A stretch of DNA of 39,570 bases from Euryarchaeota archaeon RBG_13_57_23 (GTDB taxonomy: Archaea > Thermoplasmatota > Thermoplasmata > UBA10834): contig MGVW01000022.1 of the NCBI GenBank assembly GCA_001800675.1, forward strand, positions 5,130 to 44,699, in the 5' to 3' direction. The position numbers were made by a program, and so were the translations under genes. The notes under the pieces were generated by a model, which did not search any database, had not been told where the DNA came from, and saw only the letters and a list, made by a program, of their open reading frames with translations. Positions 34,460-39,570 of this stretch are shown here, in pieces; positions within the stretch are counted from its first letter, which is position 1; each line of letters opens with the position of its first letter.

Positions 34460-35488
34460 GTGCTTGGAGTCAAGGTGCGACGGAAGAGCGCAGAGGCCCT
34501 CAGAAAGACCATCGCACGAGCGGGTATGCTTGACAAGTCACACATGATCGTCGACGATGATGATGAGGTTGTGATTCCTGTTCTGTCGATGCCGCCTGCC
34601 GACCTATTGAGGGATCATTTCGCAATGGCTGTTGAACGTGACTTCCCCACGAGGGAGGCCATGAGAGATCCAATCGACGACATCAGAGACCGTGCCGCGA
34701 TTCCCGAGGATTTGAAGCATCTCCTCCCCGACAAGTGGGAGATGTTCGGGGATGTTGCCATTATCAAACTGGATCCGAGACTGGACGGATACGAACGTGA
34801 GATCGCCGAAGCGTATGCGTCAGTGCTCGGTCTCAAGGCCGTCCTCAAGGACCTGCTCGGCATCTCGGGTCAGTTCAGGACCCCCACGACGAAAGTGCTC
34901 GTTGGCACTGATACGGTGGCGACTCACATTGAGAATGGCGTGAAGTACAGGTTCGATGCTGAGAATATAATGTTCTCATCGGGTAACGTGGAAGAACGAA
35001 TTCGAATGGCGGGCGTGAAATGCGATGGAGAATTCATCGTGGATATGTTCGCTGGCATAGGCTACTTCTCGTTGCCTCTGGCTGTGTACCAGAAGCCTAG
35101 CAAGATTGTTGCGTGCGAGATCAACCCGGTCGCCCACAGGTATCTCGTGGAGAACGTGAGGTTGAATCATGTGGAGAAGCTGATTGAGCCGATTCTCGGG
35201 GACAACAGAGATCTCGCGGGGAAGAACCTGGCCGATCGCGTGATCATGGGGTACGTCAAGACGACCCATGAGTTCCTGCCAGTTGCCATGCGTCTGCTCA
35301 AGGATGGGGGAATTGTCCACTACCACGAGACGTGCCCCAATGAGCTGCTACCGCTTCGCCCGATTCAGAGGATAGTCGATCACCTTCACGGAGGGAGAGC
35401 GGAGATACTGCGATTCAAAGTGGTGAAGTCCTATGCTCCAGGGGTTTCACACGTGGTCATTGACGCTCGGATTTTCAAGCCCTCTTGA
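34460..35488 (+). CDS. Trm5/Taw2 (Met-10-like) SAM-dependent tRNA-modifying transferase, probably Taw2
   Basis: ENGVKY, MFSSGN…ER, DMFAGIGYF, ADRVIMGY, VHYH. The HYH motif favours TYW2/Taw2. Confidence 0.8.
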   Translation: MLGVKVRRKSAEALRKTIARAGMLDKSHMIVDDDDEVVIPVLSMPPADLLRDHFAMAVERDFPTREAMRDPIDDIRDRAAIPEDLKHLLPDKWEMFGDVAIIKLDPRLDGYEREIAEAYASVLGLKAVLKDLLGISGQFRTPTTKVLVGTDTVATHIENGVKYRFDAENIMFSSGNVEERIRMAGVKCDGEFIVDMFAGIGYFSLPLAVYQKPSKIVACEINPVAHRYLVENVRLNHVEKLIEPILGDNRDLAGKNLADRVIMGYVKTTHEFLPVAMRLLKDGGIVHYHETCPNELLPLRPIQRIVDHLHGGRAEILRFKVVKSYAPGVSHVVIDARIFKPS

Positions 35489-37031
35489 CCTCATCGGTGC
35501 ACCCGGCCTGTCTCAGGAACTCCACGAACGCATCATGGTGTTGTTCAGTCCCCTGGCTCTCCAAAAGCCTCTGGGCATACTGTTTCAGGTGCTCCCCGTA
35601 CTGCCTCTCCTCATCGGTGTACTTCCACGATTTGGTGGTCACGCCAAGCGCAAGGTAGAACGCGTGGGCCATCGAACGAATCCGGTGGTCGGGTGATTTA
35701 TCACCGTCTATGACCGCAATCGCTCCAGTGGAGCCCTTCGTCTTGTACGACCTAGCTACGCTTTCGGCGAACGATCCATGCTGTGACAGGCCGGAGTAAG
35801 TCGGAATCCTGGAGGAGATGGCGTCGTGCTCCTCCTCCTTGAGGGCACTTCTGATGGCCTTCAGCGGCGATTTCTCGGTCTCAGGTCTTTCGAAGTACTT
35901 GTTCGCCAGCTTCTCTGAGACCACCGCTCTGAGCGAGTCATGACCGTGCTCCTTCCAGAATGTGGTCAGCAGCTTGTTCGCCGAATCAGATTGCTCCATC
36001 ACGACTGGATGTTTCACGTTCGCCAAGATCCCCTTGAGCGCCTTCATGTCTGTTTCGTCGGATGCGAGGTCGCTCACAAATGAATCGACGTCCTTGCCGT
36101 AACAAATCTCTCCGCGGACATACATCTTCTTGTCGAGTGTTTTGACCGATTCGAGCACATTCTGCATGTGCTTCTCGATGAGATCCTTGTTCCCGAGCTC
36201 GCCGTTCGCATACTTCTCCAAGAGTTCGCTGTCCACGGGACTGTCCAACAAGCCATTGCACGCCTTCTGCCCAGACTTGTCTCTCAGAGTCCTGACAACA
36301 TCGACGGTGAATTCGTCCAGTATCCGCGGAACGGCCATCCCCTGCGCCAGCTCGCCAAGGCTGTTCTTGATTTTCCCAGAGCATTGGTCACACAAGATGG
36401 TCTTCGCCTTCGCATTGACCCACTCGAATACCATGTGGTTCATGTTGGTCGGGGAGTGCGGACAGACGAACGAATCCCCTTCCCGTTTCGTGGCCCCGAC
36501 AGATTCTGAGGCCGTCTCGACATACTCTGTTGGAGGCTTTGGCGTTCGACCGGTGCAGATGAAATTGTCACCATATGAGTAGAAGTGCAATCCTTTCTTA
36601 TGGACGAGGTCGGCGACGCTCAGCACGCGCCATTTCGGAGAGTCGAAATTCTGCACGCCAATAAGCTTCTCTTTCGTGGTCTTTCCCCGGAGAGCGTACG
36701 CGACTGTTCCCGCAGGATAGGTCGCAGTCGCCAGGTACGGAGTCTTCTCCTCGTGCGCGAGCCCTATGGTGGCCGCGTACGCGCGCGCTAGCTTGTCGCC
36801 TCCGCGCGCTAACTTCGCCAACCTGACAGGGTCGTCCTTGAATCGTTGTATCTTCTCGATGCGCGCACGAGTTTTCTTGAACGGGCACGACCCGCAGTCT
36901 TCGGCGCAGTCGGGTAGGATGAGATCGGGGTCGTCCCTAAGCAGCTTCGCTTTCTCGCGGAGGTCCTTCTCCATGACCTTGGACGCTATCCTCGCCTTGA
37001 GTCTCAGCCGAGGGATCCCTTTCTTTCTCAT
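35475..37031 (-). CDS. Hypothetical protein with several Cys/His clusters
   Basis: 518-aa ORF with native-looking composition. CAEDCGSC, FICTG, VCPH, LCDQC. Confidence 0.75.
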   Translation of the reverse strand: MRKKGIPRLRLKARIASKVMEKDLREKAKLLRDDPDLILPDCAEDCGSCPFKKTRARIEKIQRFKDDPVRLAKLARGGDKLARAYAATIGLAHEEKTPYLATATYPAGTVAYALRGKTTKEKLIGVQNFDSPKWRVLSVADLVHKKGLHFYSYGDNFICTGRTPKPPTEYVETASESVGATKREGDSFVCPHSPTNMNHMVFEWVNAKAKTILCDQCSGKIKNSLGELAQGMAVPRILDEFTVDVVRTLRDKSGQKACNGLLDSPVDSELLEKYANGELGNKDLIEKHMQNVLESVKTLDKKMYVRGEICYGKDVDSFVSDLASDETDMKALKGILANVKHPVVMEQSDSANKLLTTFWKEHGHDSLRAVVSEKLANKYFERPETEKSPLKAIRSALKEEEHDAISSRIPTYSGLSQHGSFAESVARSYKTKGSTGAIAVIDGDKSPDHRIRSMAHAFYLALGVTTKSWKYTDEERQYGEHLKQYAQRLLESQGTEQHHDAFVEFLRQAGCTDEVKRA

Positions 37032-37167
37032 GAGCGGCTCGGCATCGGATTATGACCGAGGGTAATAGCTTTTTTCGCGGTACCCCCACGGTCCTGCAGC
37101 AGCACGGCTGGAAAAGGATTATTAGTCTGGCTGTCCCATAAGGAAGGTGCGCGTTCGGAAGGGATAG

Positions 37168-37896
37168 ATGTCTAAGGAAGAGGACTCCGCCAGAGGCTAC
37201 ATCAAAGGTTTCCAAGAAGGCCTCCAGGAAGCTTGGGATGAGATCATCAAGCTCTCCACCAAGGGTTACACCCCCCGGGAGCTGCAGATCATGGCCAAGA
37301 CGAAGAAATCCATGGTCTTCCAGCGGGTCCAGCAGAAAGTTGACGAGATCGAACGTGCGCTCGGCAAGAGACTCACATCCCCGGAGGTCCCTATCACACA
37401 GCCGGTCGCGCAACCGGTACAGGCATTGCCTGGCTGGAGCTATGTGGTCAAGGAAGAACGGCCGGACAAGAGTTTCTCCCTTTTCACCAGCATTCTCTCT
37501 CAGGGGGGCAAAGGGCTCTGCATATCGCGAACTCACCCGGACGTGCTCAAGCAGAAGTACGGTTTCGATGCGGAATCGATCTGGTTGACGAAGACTGAGA
37601 CCGCCCAGCCATCCGCGGGACTGAAGTCAATTGAGTACGTTTCGCCAAACAACCTTGCCCGACTCGCGTCGTCCGTCAGGGACTTCCTCGCGAAGGGGCC
37701 GAACGGCGCGGTCATCATCGAGGGCCTTGAGTACCTCACAACTCAGAACGACTTCAGGAGCGTCCTCAAGTTCTTCCAGCTGATCAACGAGCAGGTCGTG
37801 CTCGACAAGGGATATCTGCTGGTACCTGTGGACGCCGCCACGATGGACCCGAAGGACTTCTCATTGATAGAGAGGGAGATGAGTCAGGTCCTCTAG
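37168..37896 (+). CDS. Soluble DUF835 domain protein
   Basis: YVVKEERP, GLCISRTHP, IWLT, VIIEGLEYL…NDF, LIERE. N-terminal helical region GYIKGFQEG. Confidence 0.85.
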   Translation: MSKEEDSARGYIKGFQEGLQEAWDEIIKLSTKGYTPRELQIMAKTKKSMVFQRVQQKVDEIERALGKRLTSPEVPITQPVAQPVQALPGWSYVVKEERPDKSFSLFTSILSQGGKGLCISRTHPDVLKQKYGFDAESIWLTKTETAQPSAGLKSIEYVSPNNLARLASSVRDFLAKGPNGAVIIEGLEYLTTQNDFRSVLKFFQLINEQVVLDKGYLLVPVDAATMDPKDFSLIEREMSQVL

Positions 37897-37908
37897 AACT
37901 CAAAAGAC

Positions 37909-38223
37909 TTAGGCGGGCTTTATCTCATCCCTGATGTATTTCATATACATTTCAGAGAACATACCCTCTCCGGGGTCGAACTCATGGCAGGGGTATTCCT
38001 TGCAGTCCGAGCACATGGACACGCCATGTTTTTCTGCGCAGTTGAGCTGCGTGCACCACTTGAGCATACCTTCCGCGGCTCTCTTGTCGGCCTGATATCT
38101 GCAGCCTAAGCAGATCCCCTTCTTGTACGCCAGGCAGAACCCACAGTAGAACCCACAGGGCCCTAACAGGTTCGAGTCGATGGATTTCTTCGCTCCTTTC
38201 TTCGAATGCCCTCGCTTCTTCAC
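37909..38223 (-). CDS. Cys-rich DUF3795-like protein
   Basis: PCGFYCGFC, CLGC, CxxxxC, CSDCKEYPC. GTG 38223. Confidence 0.75.
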   Translation of the reverse strand: MKKRGHSKKGAKKSIDSNLLGPCGFYCGFCLAYKKGICLGCRYQADKRAAEGMLKWCTQLNCAEKHGVSMCSDCKEYPCHEFDPGEGMFSEMYMKYIRDEIKPA

Positions 38224-38325
38224 GAGCGGGCACAATGGGTCGCTTTTATTTGAGTATTTTGACGGCGAGTAGAACGGCCTGGGCACCTACAACTGCTTTG
38301 AGCACCAGGTACGATGTGAGGAATG

Positions 38326-38400
38326 TGCTCCCGCCGGGATTCGAACCCGGGTATCCAGCTCGAAAGGCTGGAATGATTAACCGGACTACACTACGGGAGC
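38326..38400 (-). tRNA. tRNA-Glu (TTC)
   Basis: Reverse complement reads GCTCCCG…CCAGC-CTTTCGA-GCTGG…GGTTCGAATCC…CGGGAGCA. Confidence 0.95.
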
Positions 38401-38534
38401 GTCAGGCGCGATTGTATGGCTATTTCGCCTTATGAACTGTCCATATTTAATGGTTCTCGGCGACCTCTCCTTGCTTTCGGAGCGACCCAGCGAGTGCCAA
38501 AGCTTAATGATAAGAGTGCCAATTCGGCACTCGC

Positions 38535-39218
38535 ATGGAAGCGCCCAAGGTGAAGTCGAGCGCGGCCGAGTTGACAAGAAGATACATCGACCGCCATCCG
38601 AGCATCCGAGACTGCATCAGCAAGGATCTGATCAACTACTCTTCCCTGTCGCGACTCATCATGAAGGAGCTGGGGATCAAGAACGAGGAGGCAGTTTTGG
38701 CGGCGAGTAGGCGCTACGCGATGAAGCTCGCCAAGACAGATGCCGAGGGCGCGATTATCGATCTGTTCGAACAGAGTCGACTCGAGCTCAGGACCCGCAT
38801 CTGTATCGTAGTCGCCAAGAACGAATGGATAGTGTTGAAGAACCTGGATGATGTGGTCAAGAAATTCCTTGCTGAGAAGAGCACTATGCAGGTCCTTCAG
38901 AGCACGAACGCCATCACCGTGATATCGGAGGACAAACATCTGCCCGACATCACGAAAGCCATCGGTGGGGACCACATCATCACAGTAAAGGAGAACCTCG
39001 CCGAGATAACTGTCAAGAGCCCCCCCGATATCGAGGAGACTCCCGGGGCCTTCACTTACCTTATGACGATGCTGTCCGAGCAGGACATCAACCTGGTGGA
39101 GGCTGTGAGCTGCTACACTGACACGATCTTCATAGTCAGCAGGGAGGACATGATGCCAGCCTTCGACATTCTGTCGAAGGTGATCGAGGGAAGGATCATC
39201 CCGAACGATTCGCACTAG
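38535..39218 (+). CDS. ACT-domain-containing protein (archaeal)
   Basis: N-terminal LINYSSLSR, C-terminal ACT-like IEETPG…INLVEAVSCYTDTIF. Confidence 0.8.
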   Translation: MEAPKVKSSAAELTRRYIDRHPSIRDCISKDLINYSSLSRLIMKELGIKNEEAVLAASRRYAMKLAKTDAEGAIIDLFEQSRLELRTRICIVVAKNEWIVLKNLDDVVKKFLAEKSTMQVLQSTNAITVISEDKHLPDITKAIGGDHIITVKENLAEITVKSPPDIEETPGAFTYLMTMLSEQDINLVEAVSCYTDTIFIVSREDMMPAFDILSKVIEGRIIPNDSH

Positions 39219-39570
39219 CCTCGGAGCAGATCACCGATTTTCTCGGTCTGATGTCTCATACTGGCAACAGTGGACTCGTTTCTCGTGAGCGATGCAGCGG
39301 CATTGCTCATCTGCTTCGAGACGGACCTTGGAGAAGTCCCGCCGATGCCATCCCGTCGTGCAATTATGCTGTCGACGCTCAGGTAGTTCGATCTTACCTT
39401 TGCTTCGGAATACTTGCTCATGATGTTCCTGGCGAGCGCAAGGAATCTCGCATCGTCTCCATCCGCGTCAATTCCCTGCTGCTTGACGATGGCGTGGGCT
39501 TTTCGGAAGGGTACTCCCTTCTTTGTGAGGAAATCGGCGAGGTCGGTCGCGGTCATCAACCCGGCCTCGG
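39215..39570 (-). CDS. argH: Argininosuccinate lyase, C-terminal part (truncated by window)
   Basis: ATDLADFL…KGVPFRKAH and GGTSPRSV. Confidence 0.88.
   Translation of the reverse strand, partial: EAGLMTATDLADFLTKKGVPFRKAHAIVKQQGIDADGDDARFLALARNIMSKYSEAKVRSNYLSVDSIIARRDGIGGTSPRSVSKQMSNAAASLTRNESTVASMRHQTEKIGDLLRG

Overview
Archaeal chromosomal segment, most likely from an uncultured Thermoplasmatota (Thermoplasmata) lineage. This assignment is inferred from the unlinked 5S rRNA, alba, radB, the rpl44e-rps27e-aIF2a-nop10-PAC2 operon, TFS-PCNA, the ipk-fni-GGPS lipid cluster, non-oxidative pentose phosphate genes and DUF835 proteins. Most of the window is housekeeping. It has three tRNAs (Pro-TGG, intron-containing Tyr-GTA, Glu-TTC) and no recognisable mobile element or CRISPR array. 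Most notable: (1) a 5S rRNA gene carrying a highly structured ~100-nt insertion; (2) an accessory island (~8.95-13.9 kb) of four exported-protein genes whose promoters share a sequence motif just upstream of weak TATA-like boxes, next to a small membrane protein + winged-helix regulator pair; (3) a 7TM protein whose DUF835 domain carries an 8-Cys insertion, next to a stand-alone receiver domain; (4) larB-larE (CxxC...C, Fe-S type) next to a DsrE-family gene; (5) two genes that appear to need non-canonical (CTG, ACG) start codons. All family calls come from motif recognition by eye; no searches were run.
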